From Halioglobus sp. (lineage in GTDB: Bacteria > Pseudomonadota > Gammaproteobacteria > Pseudomonadales > Halieaceae): a DNA stretch of 64,000 nt. The position numbers and the translations under genes are program-made. The DNA is taken from contig JBDWQQ010000151.1 in the NCBI GenBank assembly GCA_039986455.1, positions 4,376 to 68,375 of the forward strand, written 5' to 3'. Shown here in pieces: positions 26,007 through 36,537 of the stretch (position 1 is its first letter; every line of letters starts with the position of its first letter). Below the pieces are notes generated by a model. That model saw nothing but the letters and a program-made list of their open reading frames with translations. It made no database searches and was not told where the DNA came from.

Positions 26007-27728
26007 ATGAGCCAACAGGACATAATCCAAAGCCTTCCGGAACACTTAAGGCCATTCGTCAAAGAGCAGGATTACGGCAACTACACAGCCCGAGATCAAG
26101 CGGTGTGGCGCTTTGTCATGAAGCATCTCACTGGACGACTAAAAGATACGGCTCACCCTGTCTATCTCGAAGGCCTTGAGAGAACCGGCATCTCCCTTGA
26201 GCACATTCCGTCGATAGAAGAAATGAACCTTTGTCTCGCCAAGCTGGGTTGGCGAGCTGTCGTTGTGGATGGGTTTATTCCCCCCGCTATATTTATGGAG
26301 TTCCAGGCGCTAAAAGTGTTGGTAATCGCGTTAGAAATGCGCAGCGCCGACCACATCTTTTATACCCCCGCGCCAGATATTGTTCATGAGTCAGCCGGTC
26401 ACGCACCGTTTCTTGTCGACATCGATTACGCCGAATTTCTGCAAAGCTTTGGGGAAGTTGGCATGAAGGCCATCGCCACGCATGCAGATCTCGAGCAATA
26501 TGAAGCGATACGTAAATTATCAATTCTGAAAGAATCTCCCGCCAGTTCAGCGCAAGACATTGTCCAAGCCGAAGCTGAGCTTAAGTCGCTAAAAAAAGCC
26601 GATTCAGCGCTGTCAGAAGCTGCTCTTCTAACCCGCCTGCATTGGTGGACTGTAGAATATGGGCTGGTGGGCACCGTTGATGATTATCGGATTTTTGGCG
26701 CCGGGTTACTCTCCTCATTGAGTGAAAGCGAGCACTGCCTGAATAATGATGCGGTACCAAAAATACCGCTCACAGTTGACGCGGTTCAGCAGCCTTACGA
26801 TATCACCCAAGAACAGCCTCAACTATTTGTGACCAAGAGCTGCAAACACTTAAGTCAGGTACTGGAGGAATTCGCCGAGTCCATGTGTTTTCGCAAAGGC
26901 GGCGCTTCATCTTTACGCACCGCTATCGGCGCCGGCAGTATTTGCACCGCCAGCTACGATTCTGGCATGCAGGTGAGCGGCGTGTTTTCAGAGGTACTGT
27001 GTGATGCCGTCGGCAACGCGACTTACCTGCGAACCCAGGGCCCTACCCAACTGGCTTATCGTGAAAAAGAGGTGTTGCACCACGGTGTGGATTATCACAG
27101 CCAGGGCTTTGGATCGCCCATTGGGCAGATAAAGGACTTCAACCGTTGCTTATCCGAGTACAGTATTGATGAGCTTAAGGCGCACGATGTCGTCATTGGG
27201 CAAGTCACACGTCTTGAGTACCTTTCGGGCATTACCGTGCAGGGCCATCTGCAACAAATACATCGTCACGATCATCGCAATCTTATACTCACCTTTACTG
27301 AATGCACGGTCACGGATCTCAGTGGGCGCATACTATTTGACCCTGCCTGGGGGACTTACGATCTTGCCGTCGGTTCCAGTATCGATTCAGTGTACGGAGG
27401 CGTTGCCGACAGAGAGAAGCTGCAGTTATTCAGACCGACTCCCACCACTAAAACACCGCACGTATCCAGTGATAATGCACTTATGGACTGCTATCAGCGT
27501 GTTGCCGAGTTGCGGTCAAGCAAACAAACCACTGTTAAGTACGCAGAAATTCTAGACGAGCTCAATACGGCCTTAGCGCTATATCCAAACGAGTGGGTGC
27601 TAAGGGTCGAAATGCTCGAGATCGCACCTCCCACCCTAAAAGCAAAGCTGCGCAACGAAATTGCCGCGTTGGGCCAATCTAACCCAGCAATTGAAGGCTT
27701 GACTGCTCTAGCGCTTGATTCAAAATAG
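26007..27728 (+). CDS. Aromatic amino acid hydroxylase (biopterin-dependent, PAH-like) with a roughly 270-aa C-terminal extension
   Basis: Catalytic motifs PDIVHESAGHAPFL and WWTVEYGL in the N-terminal half. I recognise nothing in the C-terminal half. ATG at 26007 preferred over 25959. Confidence 0.85.
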   Translation: MSQQDIIQSLPEHLRPFVKEQDYGNYTARDQAVWRFVMKHLTGRLKDTAHPVYLEGLERTGISLEHIPSIEEMNLCLAKLGWRAVVVDGFIPPAIFMEFQALKVLVIALEMRSADHIFYTPAPDIVHESAGHAPFLVDIDYAEFLQSFGEVGMKAIATHADLEQYEAIRKLSILKESPASSAQDIVQAEAELKSLKKADSALSEAALLTRLHWWTVEYGLVGTVDDYRIFGAGLLSSLSESEHCLNNDAVPKIPLTVDAVQQPYDITQEQPQLFVTKSCKHLSQVLEEFAESMCFRKGGASSLRTAIGAGSICTASYDSGMQVSGVFSEVLCDAVGNATYLRTQGPTQLAYREKEVLHHGVDYHSQGFGSPIGQIKDFNRCLSEYSIDELKAHDVVIGQVTRLEYLSGITVQGHLQQIHRHDHRNLILTFTECTVTDLSGRILFDPAWGTYDLAVGSSIDSVYGGVADREKLQLFRPTPTTKTPHVSSDNALMDCYQRVAELRSSKQTTVKYAEILDELNTALALYPNEWVLRVEMLEIAPPTLKAKLRNEIAALGQSNPAIEGLTALALDSK

Positions 27729-27759
27729 CTTCCTCTAATCCATCGTGGGAAATCAAGGC

Positions 27760-28431
27760 ATGCTGAGCAACAACCGCATCGTAATCACCGGTGCCGCAGG
27801 CACACTGGGTCAAGCCACCGCCAAAATCGCCAAGGAAAAAGGCGCATACACCATTGGCCTTGACCTGATAGACACACAATCGCTGCCGCACATCGACAGC
27901 TACTATCAAGTCGACCTGATGAGCCGGGAGTCCACGGCAGCCTGTTTCGACAGCATTGGCCATTTTGATGCGCTGGCCAACATTGCCGGAGGTTTTACCA
28001 TGGGGCAGGATGTCGCTGACCCCTCCGATGAGCAGTGGGATTGGATGTTCCGTATTAACGTGGAAACCCTGCGTAATGTGGTTATTTCAGCCGTACCCGT
28101 GCTCAAGGCACAGGGCAGAGGAAAAATCGTCAATATCGGCGCTCTGGGCGCGCTCAGCGGCGCCGGCGCAATGAGTGCTTATTGCTGCGCAAAGTCTGCG
28201 GTAATGCGCCTCACTGAAAGCCTCTCCGAAGAACTCAAAACTGAGGGTGTGAACGTTAACGCCGTGCTACCGAGCATTATCGACACGCCCCCAAACCGGG
28301 AAGCGATGCCCGACGCCAATTTCAGCGAATGGGTCGCACCCGAAAAGCTGGCACAGGTCATTTGCTTCCTGGCGTCTGAAGAAGCCAGCGCGGTCCATGG
28401 TGCGCTGTTACCGGTAAAAGGCCTGGTTTAA
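27760..28431 (+). CDS. SDR, dihydropteridine reductase-like
   Basis: ITGAAGTLG, YCCAK, and AVLPSIIDTPPNREAMPDANFSEWV, which resembles the QDPR C-terminal signature. Directly downstream of the hydroxylase. Confidence 0.75.
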   Translation: MLSNNRIVITGAAGTLGQATAKIAKEKGAYTIGLDLIDTQSLPHIDSYYQVDLMSRESTAACFDSIGHFDALANIAGGFTMGQDVADPSDEQWDWMFRINVETLRNVVISAVPVLKAQGRGKIVNIGALGALSGAGAMSAYCCAKSAVMRLTESLSEELKTEGVNVNAVLPSIIDTPPNREAMPDANFSEWVAPEKLAQVICFLASEEASAVHGALLPVKGLV

Positions 28432-28512
28432 CGCCATCGTTACGCTGAAGTTACCCGCAGATGCGGGTAGTCGTCGATTGGCTGACACCTCATTCCTCTT
28501 GCAATGACGTAA

Positions 28513-30363
28513 ATGAGGAAGCAGCGCTATACTAAGGCAATGAACTTCACTGATAAGCCTAATAAAACAGTGCCAGTACCTACGTCCCTGCTCGAGCGAG
28601 AGAGCTTTCTAGCAGAGCTGGAGACCACTGCCCGGACGCTGGGAAAAACGCATGAACAGGCGCTCAAGCACGCACGGAAATGCCTCCGAGAGATTGCCGC
28701 CACTCCCAGCGAGTCCTGGCTTGCGCCTGCGGCCAAGATGGCCCGATTCATTTACACCCGCAGCTATGAGCCTGAGTTGGACATTAATCTCGAAGCGCTT
28801 GAAGAGTTACGCGAACTCTCCAAAGACAACTTGTTATTGTTTCTCTGGTCGCACAAGTCGCACATGGACAGCTTTGTCTTTTTGCTCTCACTCTACGAAA
28901 ACGCCTTCAAGCCCATTCCGCTAGTCTTTGCCGGCATCAACATGAACTTCCTCGGCTTTGGCACCTTGGCCAGAAAAGTGGGCGCGATATTCTTGCGACG
29001 TAGTTTTCAAGATGACCCTATCTATAAGTTGGTGTTTCGACACTACATTGACTATCTAATCCGTAATCGCTTGCCGCTCACCTGGTCAATAGAAGGTACT
29101 CGCTCTCGCACCGGAAAACTTTCTCCGCCTAAACTTGGCATCTTGAACTGGGTGCTGGAAGCCTGTGAACGGGAAGAAATGCACGATGTGAAACTCGTCC
29201 CTGTTTCTATTGCTTTCGACCGCATCGCCGAAATCGACGACTACGTCGCTCTTCAGCGCGGACTGCCCAAGCGCAAAGAATCGCTGCAGTGGTTTCTCAA
29301 CTTTATATTCGGCATGAAAGAGCCTTACGGCAAAATTTATGTGCGCTATGCACAGCCAGTCTCAATTGAAAGCGTTCCCACAGCACCCCAAGTCGATGTC
29401 AATGAAGGCGCTTCTCAAGCGACCCGGCTGGCCTTTGAGGTCTGCACCCGCATAGAGCAAATCACTCCCATCAAGTCTGCCGATGTACTGACCATGGTAT
29501 TGCTGGGCGCGAACGGGCGCGCGCTAAGCCTGGCTGAAATATTCCAACAGGCACAGGGTATCGCCCTGGTGGCCCGAGAGAGAAACCTGCCCGTTGCGCG
29601 TGGTTTCAGCCTGGCGGACGAGGAAGAAATAGCTGCTGCGATACTGTCTATGCGCAGTTCCAGCCTTGTAAAGGCCTATGAAAAAGGCACTACGGCAGTT
29701 TTTTATATTCCCGAGGAACAACAGCTTGCCGCGGCCTATTACCGCAACACCATCACCCACTATTTTCTGGCTGCAGCCCTGGGAGAAATTGCGCTGGCCC
29801 AAAGTATTGGCGATATTAGCGTACCCAGCGAGAGTTCCCTGCGTGACCGCGTTGAGTCATTAAGAGAACTGTTCAAGTTCGAGTTCTTTTTCAGGCCCAA
29901 AGAAGAGTTCTGGCAAGAAGTGCTGCAAGAGGTCAACAGGCAATACCCTCAATGGCAAAAGAGTGGTGCTTCTCTCAGCCGACAACTGACAGAGAATCCC
30001 CCAAGATTCGGGCACGCAATTCTGCGCTCGATCGCGGAAGCCTATAAAGTGACTGCGTCGACATTGATTACCCAGAAAGATGCGATAGAGAAAAACGACA
30101 AAAAGTTTGTCAGCAAACTACTGGATCAGGGCGAAGAAATGCTTTTACGTCGCCAGATTAGTGGCGTATCGACGCTTTCACGAGACCTGTTCAGCACTAG
30201 CCTAAGAGTGGCCGAGCATCGCCAATTACTAGATAACCCCAGCGGTGATATCGCTCATGATCGTCAAAGTTTTATGATAGAGACGCAGAACCTGGTGAAG
30301 GCCATCGACCTACTGCAAGACTGCTATAACAGCGCCTGGTTTGAATCAGCAGATACTGACTAA
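28513..30363 (+). CDS. Glycerol-3-phosphate/glycerolipid acyltransferase, PlsB-like
   Basis: 616 aa with the HX4D motif (SHKSHMDSF) and IEGTRSRTGK. Alternative start at 28540. Confidence 0.8.
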   Translation: MRKQRYTKAMNFTDKPNKTVPVPTSLLERESFLAELETTARTLGKTHEQALKHARKCLREIAATPSESWLAPAAKMARFIYTRSYEPELDINLEALEELRELSKDNLLLFLWSHKSHMDSFVFLLSLYENAFKPIPLVFAGINMNFLGFGTLARKVGAIFLRRSFQDDPIYKLVFRHYIDYLIRNRLPLTWSIEGTRSRTGKLSPPKLGILNWVLEACEREEMHDVKLVPVSIAFDRIAEIDDYVALQRGLPKRKESLQWFLNFIFGMKEPYGKIYVRYAQPVSIESVPTAPQVDVNEGASQATRLAFEVCTRIEQITPIKSADVLTMVLLGANGRALSLAEIFQQAQGIALVARERNLPVARGFSLADEEEIAAAILSMRSSSLVKAYEKGTTAVFYIPEEQQLAAAYYRNTITHYFLAAALGEIALAQSIGDISVPSESSLRDRVESLRELFKFEFFFRPKEEFWQEVLQEVNRQYPQWQKSGASLSRQLTENPPRFGHAILRSIAEAYKVTASTLITQKDAIEKNDKKFVSKLLDQGEEMLLRRQISGVSTLSRDLFSTSLRVAEHRQLLDNPSGDIAHDRQSFMIETQNLVKAIDLLQDCYNSAWFESADTD

Positions 30364-30394
30364 CGTTTACAGCCGTTCGATTGAAGAACCGCGG

Positions 30395-32002
30395 CTAGGG
30401 GTCAATACGCGGAACGGATTTCAGTAGCGCCTGTGTATACGGGTGCTCAGGGCGAGTCAGAATTTGTTCGGCGCTGCCCTGCTCCACCAGCTTGCCCAAC
30501 TGCATGACACCCACATGGTGTGCCAAGCTGGGAACGATGGATAAATCATGGGTAATGAACAGATAGGAAACGCCAAAGTCCCGCTGCAGTTCTTGCAGAA
30601 GGTCTAATACTTCGGCCCGAATGCTGACATCCAACGCGCTCGTTGGCTCATCGCAAATAATGAGCTCGGGCTCTACCGCTAACGCCCTCGCAATCGCTAT
30701 ACGCTGAAGCTGTCCGCCAGAAAACTCGTGGGGGTAGCGAGAAGCAAACTCCGGACCCAACTGAACACGGGTCAACAGTTCGTCAATGCGCTTGTCTCGC
30801 TCTTGCTTACTCAAGCCTAGACCGAGGCTAATCATACCCTCGGCGATAATCTCGCCCACCGAAAGACGCGGGTTCATCGAGGAAAACGGGTTCTGGAAAA
30901 TAACCTGGATTTGCTTGCGGTAAGGCAGCATATCCTTGCGCCCAAGATGCTGTATCTCTTTCCCATTGAACGAGACACGCCCTCCGGCCACTGATTCAAG
31001 GTTGAGAATTGCCCGGCCCAATGTAGATTTACCGCTGCCGGATTCGCCCACCAGGGCATACGTCTCCGCCCTACCGATGGTCAAGGATACGCCGTCAACG
31101 GCCCGGGTGTGATCAACCACACGCTGCAAAACCCCCTTACGAATAGGGAAGTGGATTTTCACATCATCCAGCTGCAACAGTGGCTCTTCTACTGCCGCAC
31201 TTTGAAAATGGCTCAGATCCGGAAGCGCATCGATAAGTCGACGGCTGTACTCTTCTTTAGGGTTATGGAAAAAGTCATCAACGCTGGCCTGTTCGATGAT
31301 TTCACCGTGATACATGACTGCCACTTCGTCAGCAGTATTTCTCACAACACCCATATCATGGGTGATCAGCAGAACCGCTAGCTTACGGGACTCTGTAAGC
31401 TCCCTGATCAGATTGAGCACCTGTTCCTGAATGGTGACGTCCAGTGCCGTTGTGGGCTCATCTGCAATCAGGACCTCTGGTTCGCAGGCAAGCGCCATTG
31501 CGATCATAACTCGCTGCTGCTGCCCTCCCGATAATTCGTGAGGGTAAAAACTGTAACGCTGATCCGCGTCCGGGATGCCCACTTCGTTAAAAAGCTGCAC
31601 CACCCGCTTTCGCAGGTCACCCTTGCGCAATGGCGTATGCAACTGCAGTGTTTCCGCCACTTGCTGGCCCACGGTTTGAACCGGATTGAGGGCTGTCATT
31701 GCGTTTTGGAAAATCATCGCCACTCGACGTCCGCGAACCGTCTGCATTTTTGACTCTGACAGATCAAACAGATCCTGCTCACCCACGTGGACAGAACCTG
31801 ACGTAATTTCCAATGCCTCAGGCAACAGCCGCATTGCGGCCATCGAGGTGACAGACTTACCACTACCCGACTCGCCAACCAGAGCGAAGATTTTGCCCGC
31901 TTTGAGTTCAAGCGATACGCCTTTGAGGATTTCAATACCCGTCTCAGCAAGCGCTACACGCAGGTCGCTGATTCGCATGCGTACTTCTTTCATGTCGCTC
32001 AT
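30395..32002 (-). CDS. ABC transporter ATP-binding protein with two fused ATPase domains (YejF/DppDF-like)
   Basis: 535 aa with two Walker A motifs (GESGSGKS twice) and two LSGGQ-type signatures. The start overlaps the upstream permease stop. Confidence 0.95.
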   Translation of the reverse strand: MSDMKEVRMRISDLRVALAETGIEILKGVSLELKAGKIFALVGESGSGKSVTSMAAMRLLPEALEITSGSVHVGEQDLFDLSESKMQTVRGRRVAMIFQNAMTALNPVQTVGQQVAETLQLHTPLRKGDLRKRVVQLFNEVGIPDADQRYSFYPHELSGGQQQRVMIAMALACEPEVLIADEPTTALDVTIQEQVLNLIRELTESRKLAVLLITHDMGVVRNTADEVAVMYHGEIIEQASVDDFFHNPKEEYSRRLIDALPDLSHFQSAAVEEPLLQLDDVKIHFPIRKGVLQRVVDHTRAVDGVSLTIGRAETYALVGESGSGKSTLGRAILNLESVAGGRVSFNGKEIQHLGRKDMLPYRKQIQVIFQNPFSSMNPRLSVGEIIAEGMISLGLGLSKQERDKRIDELLTRVQLGPEFASRYPHEFSGGQLQRIAIARALAVEPELIICDEPTSALDVSIRAEVLDLLQELQRDFGVSYLFITHDLSIVPSLAHHVGVMQLGKLVEQGSAEQILTRPEHPYTQALLKSVPRIDP

Positions 32003-33369
32003 GCCTCAGACCTCCGGCTAGCAGTCCGGGGATCGAATGCGTCCCGAACCAGATCAGAGAACAGGTTAGCCGCCAGCACAAGCACGAACATGAAGAAGAA
32101 GGCACCGGTTAGCGTCCACCAGATGGCAGGCTCTCTGGAAAGTTCGGAGCGTGCTCCGTTAATCATATTGCCCCAGCTGCCCATTGAAGGATCTATGCCT
32201 ACGCCAATGTATGACAGTACGGCTTCCGCCAGCACCAGCGCTGAGAAATCCAGTACAAAGGTGATGAGAATAATATGTACGACGTTAGGCAGGATGTGGC
32301 GTGTCAGAATTCGAGTGTGACTCACGCCGAACGCATGGGCAGCTTGCACATAACCCAACTGGCTTATCTTTAAGGTCTCAGCGCGAATGAGACGACACAG
32401 CGTAGACCAGCTGGTCACACCGAGAATAAAGCACAGAGCAATGAATCTGGCATCCGCCTTTTCCATTCCAATTGAGAAAAAGTCGGGATTGAGATCGATA
32501 TACACCTGAAACAGCAGCACCGAAGCCGCAATTAACAAAATACTGGGTATAGAGCTCAGCGTTGTATAGAGATACTGCACAACGTCATCGACCCAGCCCT
32601 TGAAGTAACCCGCTGAAACGCCAAGTGTTACGGCAATGGGCAGCATAATAAGCGTGGACAAGGTACCCAGTAAAACGCCCGTACGGATGCCTTTCAGGCT
32701 TTGGTAGGCGACGTCAGCGCCTCCCCTGTCAGTGCCCAGCACGTGATAGTGGTGGCTGATATAGACCAACCAGGTGAAGAAGCAGATTACCCCCGCCTGA
32801 ACGCCCCATGATGCATACCAGGGGTTTGGGCTAGAGCGCAGCAAAAGCCACTGCGGGAAAATGGCTAACGCCGAGATCAGTAAACCCCAGAGCAGTGCCA
32901 CCAGAGTTTTGGACATCACGTCTGCCAGTTGCTCAGACTCATCCGCCAAGTGAGTACCCGCATGGATTAATGCTGGGTAGTCCCTAATAGAGTTACCCTC
33001 GGCATCCTTCATGTTCTTTTTCTCAAAAGAAATCAGGGCGAAGGGCGCCGAGTATGTACGCTCAAACCGATCACCCATGCCCTGGAGCATGACATCAAGG
33101 GCACTGGTGACTTTGTTATCGTAAAACACCTCTTCCGTTTGCAAGCCTTCGGGATTTTCCAGGGCTTTACGAAAGTGGATTGAATCAAGCAGCGCGACGC
33201 CGACATAGGTCAGAATCACGGTGAACGCCACCATTCCCAATCGAGACGAGAACACTTCGCCCCAACGTTCACGTGTCTGCGGATCTTGTCGCAATTTATA
33301 GAAAAACAAAATCAGTGCGACAACCAGCATGAATATCAGCGCGTCGGACCACAATAGAACAGGCTTCAT
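31999..33369 (-). CDS. ABC peptide-type permease (DppC/YejE-like) with an N-terminal extension
   Basis: 456 aa, BPD-type transmembrane domain in the C-terminal half. Confidence 0.9.
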   Translation of the reverse strand: MKPVLLWSDALIFMLVVALILFFYKLRQDPQTRERWGEVFSSRLGMVAFTVILTYVGVALLDSIHFRKALENPEGLQTEEVFYDNKVTSALDVMLQGMGDRFERTYSAPFALISFEKKNMKDAEGNSIRDYPALIHAGTHLADESEQLADVMSKTLVALLWGLLISALAIFPQWLLLRSSPNPWYASWGVQAGVICFFTWLVYISHHYHVLGTDRGGADVAYQSLKGIRTGVLLGTLSTLIMLPIAVTLGVSAGYFKGWVDDVVQYLYTTLSSIPSILLIAASVLLFQVYIDLNPDFFSIGMEKADARFIALCFILGVTSWSTLCRLIRAETLKISQLGYVQAAHAFGVSHTRILTRHILPNVVHIILITFVLDFSALVLAEAVLSYIGVGIDPSMGSWGNMINGARSELSREPAIWWTLTGAFFFMFVLVLAANLFSDLVRDAFDPRTASRRSEA

Positions 33370-33382
33370 CCTCGTGCGACCC

Positions 33383-34360
33383 TCAGCTCAGTCTTACCCG
33401 GGGATCAGCCCAGGTATACGATATGTCGGTAAGTATGAGTCCTAGGATATAAAGAATCGATCCTATGAACACCATACTCCGCACGATGGCAAAGTCTTGC
33501 GATTTGATCGCATCCAGCATGTAACTGCCTAGCCCGGGAATCCCGAAGAAAGATTCAATCAACAAGCTTCCCATGAACAGGGCTGGCACCAAAACCACTA
33601 CGCCGGTCAAAATAGGAATGAGTGCATTAGGTAAAATATGGTTGAAGAGAATACTGATTTCACTGGCGCCTTTAGCTCGCGCAGTGCGCACATAGTCCTG
33701 ATTTGCTTCTTCAAGGAACAGCGTTCGATACCAGCGAGCGCCTGAGCCAATTCCCGCTACCACGCCCACCATCACCGGCAAAATGAGAAAACGCCACACC
33801 TGGCCATCGGGATGGAACCCCGATACCGGCACCAGCTTCCAGGTTTTTGCCACCAGGTACTGACCGCCAATAATGTAGAACAGATAGGAAATGGACATCA
33901 GAGAAACAAATACAAACACGGCCCAGCGGTCCAGCTTGGTACCATGAAACATAACCACCATTAATGCCACACAGATATTCACCCAAATGCCCACAGCAAA
34001 GGTCGGTAAGGCAACAGCAAGGCTGGGCCACATTCGGTTCGAGACATCCGTGGTGATATCCCTGCCGCTTTCGGAGCGACCGAAGTCGAAGGCAAACAGG
34101 CGCAGTGATTTGTTAAAAAATATTGTCTCAGTAATGGTTCCAAGGCCATCTGCACTGTCGTTCACGAACAATGGTTGGTCATACCCGTTCTTCACTTTCC
34201 ACTTTTCAATCGCCTCGGGTGTCACGTACTTTTCACCTAACTGAGACGCGGCCATGTCATCGGGCGAGTTAACGACAAAAAACAAGGTGAACGTCAGCAG
34301 GTTGACACCAATCAGAATGGGAATGGCGTAGATCAAACGTCGAATAATGTAGGCAAGCAT
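33383..34360 (-). CDS. ABC peptide-type permease (DppB/YejB-like)
   Basis: 325 aa; MLAYIIRRLIYAIPILIGVNLLTF is a typical N-terminus. Confidence 0.9.
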   Translation of the reverse strand: MLAYIIRRLIYAIPILIGVNLLTFTLFFVVNSPDDMAASQLGEKYVTPEAIEKWKVKNGYDQPLFVNDSADGLGTITETIFFNKSLRLFAFDFGRSESGRDITTDVSNRMWPSLAVALPTFAVGIWVNICVALMVVMFHGTKLDRWAVFVFVSLMSISYLFYIIGGQYLVAKTWKLVPVSGFHPDGQVWRFLILPVMVGVVAGIGSGARWYRTLFLEEANQDYVRTARAKGASEISILFNHILPNALIPILTGVVVLVPALFMGSLLIESFFGIPGLGSYMLDAIKSQDFAIVRSMVFIGSILYILGLILTDISYTWADPRVRLS

Positions 34361-36537
34361 TATTGGTTATCCGTATTTCTGGCTGTCGCGTTCTGACGAC
34401 GACGATAGGCTGTGACACCTGGAAGTACCAGCCCTATAACGAATAGCGCGCCGGCATATAGCGGCCAAGTGACAGGCTGGTTCCATTTGGCACGTTTTTC
34501 TTCACGCAATTCATCATCAATACCGATGTACTTCAGCGTTGCTTTTGATATGCCGTGGCGTTTGGTATTGCTGACCCAAGGATTGCTGAGATAAATATCT
34601 TTCGGGTAATAGGCGTACAACCACACGGCCTCTTCCCTAAAGATTTCAACCATACGGGCGACCATGGCATCGCGTTCAGGCCCGGGCGCAGAAATTCGAA
34701 CCTGGCGAAACAACTCGTCGTATTCCTCATGCTCAAAATTCGAATTGTTGGCTCCGTCACATTTACAAACCAGCGGACTTTCCGGGCTATACAACAAAAA
34801 TAGGAAGTTTTCAGGATCGGGGTAATCGGCCAGCCAACCGTAAGAATAAATTTGCGTGTTTCCTGTAAGCAGTTTTTCTCGTGTTCGGTTCCAGTCGGCG
34901 GGTCGATACTCAACCTGAACGCCAATTTCGCCAAACGCTCGATCCATCCAGTTCATGGTGGTGTTGCTGATGGCTTGACTTTGTACATCAATGAAAATTT
35001 TCAGAGGTTCGCCGGTACGGGCATCTCTGCCGTTAGGGTAACCGGCTTCCACCAGTAACTGCTTGGCCTCATCTATTGACCGGCGCACCGCTCCGTCTTC
35101 GCCCCACACGTGGGTATAGGGGTTGATGCCGGCTTCACCTTCTAGGTGCCCTGGGATACCAGGTGGAATGGGACTTGGGGCGGAAATGCCATTACCTTTG
35201 TAAAAAATCGCCAGGTACTCTTCAACCCTGAAGGCGATTTGCAGAGCGCGACGAAGTTTCCGTTTTTCTTCGGTATAGCCTCCAACAACGGGATCTTTCA
35301 TGTTGAAGCCGTAATAGTAGATGCCGGGCTTAACGTCAGGGTCCATATGGATATCGTGATCCGACAAGTCTCCAGACATTTCTATGCCATCTGGGCCCAC
35401 CACAAATGCCTGATCAAAAACACCATTGGTATTGCCGTGATTCTCACCTGAACGATCGTAGTAGCCCTGCAGAAACTTCGTCCAAAGCGGCAGTGTTTCT
35501 TTTTCTAAGCGGAAAACCGCTTTGTCGACCAGCGGTAAGCGTTTACCTGCGTCGGCCAGGTTACCCGCCTCCATGTCACCGGGAGCGCCTTCAGACGGGA
35601 AGTAGTCTTCGCGAAAATTAGGGTTACGAGCCAGCACAATTTCACTGTTAGGATCGTTATTGAGCATCATGAATGGCCCGGAACCTACCGGCCACCAATC
35701 GAGTGTCAGGTTACGGTCAACGAACCCGGGGTTGTGGTAAAAGCGATCAACCTCAGGTGGAATGGGCGAGAAGAAGCGCATGGCCAACCAGTAAATAAAC
35801 TGCGGGTAGCGGCCGTAGATAGTGAGGTTCAACGTGTGTTCGTCAACAACCTCCAAACCCTCCATGGGGAATTCATCGAGGTTCAACCAATCGTCTCTTG
35901 GCATATCTGCCAGCTGAGCCGTGAACTCTTTCATCCCCACAATGTATTGCGCCATGAATCCGAGCATTGGCGACCCTAGTTCAGGATCTGCCATTCGCTT
36001 GATGCCGTAGGCGTAATCGTTGGCATGAACCGGCCTGTCGCCGGTTTCGGGAAAATCAGGAATTGAATGGTACCGAGCTCCCTCACTGGCGCTCTCAAAA
36101 ATGTAAAGTGGCTCGCCGTTAGCGTTCTGCGCAAAGGATGGGTGAGGCTGATAGTGAGCGTCGCGGCGCACCTTCAAGGTATAGCGACTAAAGGCAACCG
36201 ATTCATCGTCCTCGTCAACCTGATTACCGTCTTCATCCAGGAAGATTACTGGCGGATGCTCTTCTACGCCTAAAGGAATCAGTTCATAGGGCCGCTTCAG
36301 GAAGTGGTAGCCCATTGGAGATTCATAAATTTGGCTAATGAACACGTTTTCATCAGCAGCATAAGAAATCGCAGGATCAAGATGCTTGGGAGGTGCGGGA
36401 GACATCACCGATTGATAGACCAGCTGGCCTTCAGGCGATGGCGGATTCGGATTGTTCCATGGACCCTCTCCGCATCCGGATAGGAGCATGAGAAGTGCCA
36501 GCCCGAAGGCGGCGCGCGTAGCGCTCAGGATCTTCAT
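34360..36537 (-). CDS. ABC substrate-binding protein, family 5 (peptide/nickel), lipoprotein with an extra C-terminal TM helix
   Basis: 725 aa; lipobox LLSGC, long SBP_bac_5-like body, and C-terminal WPLYAGALFVIGLVLPGVTAYRRRQ. Confidence 0.9.
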   Translation of the reverse strand: MKILSATRAAFGLALLMLLSGCGEGPWNNPNPPSPEGQLVYQSVMSPAPPKHLDPAISYAADENVFISQIYESPMGYHFLKRPYELIPLGVEEHPPVIFLDEDGNQVDEDDESVAFSRYTLKVRRDAHYQPHPSFAQNANGEPLYIFESASEGARYHSIPDFPETGDRPVHANDYAYGIKRMADPELGSPMLGFMAQYIVGMKEFTAQLADMPRDDWLNLDEFPMEGLEVVDEHTLNLTIYGRYPQFIYWLAMRFFSPIPPEVDRFYHNPGFVDRNLTLDWWPVGSGPFMMLNNDPNSEIVLARNPNFREDYFPSEGAPGDMEAGNLADAGKRLPLVDKAVFRLEKETLPLWTKFLQGYYDRSGENHGNTNGVFDQAFVVGPDGIEMSGDLSDHDIHMDPDVKPGIYYYGFNMKDPVVGGYTEEKRKLRRALQIAFRVEEYLAIFYKGNGISAPSPIPPGIPGHLEGEAGINPYTHVWGEDGAVRRSIDEAKQLLVEAGYPNGRDARTGEPLKIFIDVQSQAISNTTMNWMDRAFGEIGVQVEYRPADWNRTREKLLTGNTQIYSYGWLADYPDPENFLFLLYSPESPLVCKCDGANNSNFEHEEYDELFRQVRISAPGPERDAMVARMVEIFREEAVWLYAYYPKDIYLSNPWVSNTKRHGISKATLKYIGIDDELREEKRAKWNQPVTWPLYAGALFVIGLVLPGVTAYRRRQNATARNTDNQ

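Noticed and set aside
31600-31615. ccgctttcgc match to the junction-repeat core inside the ABC ATPase gene
   Set aside because: An isolated 10-mer with no partner stem, spacer or tail, lying inside a conserved coding region. A chance occurrence.
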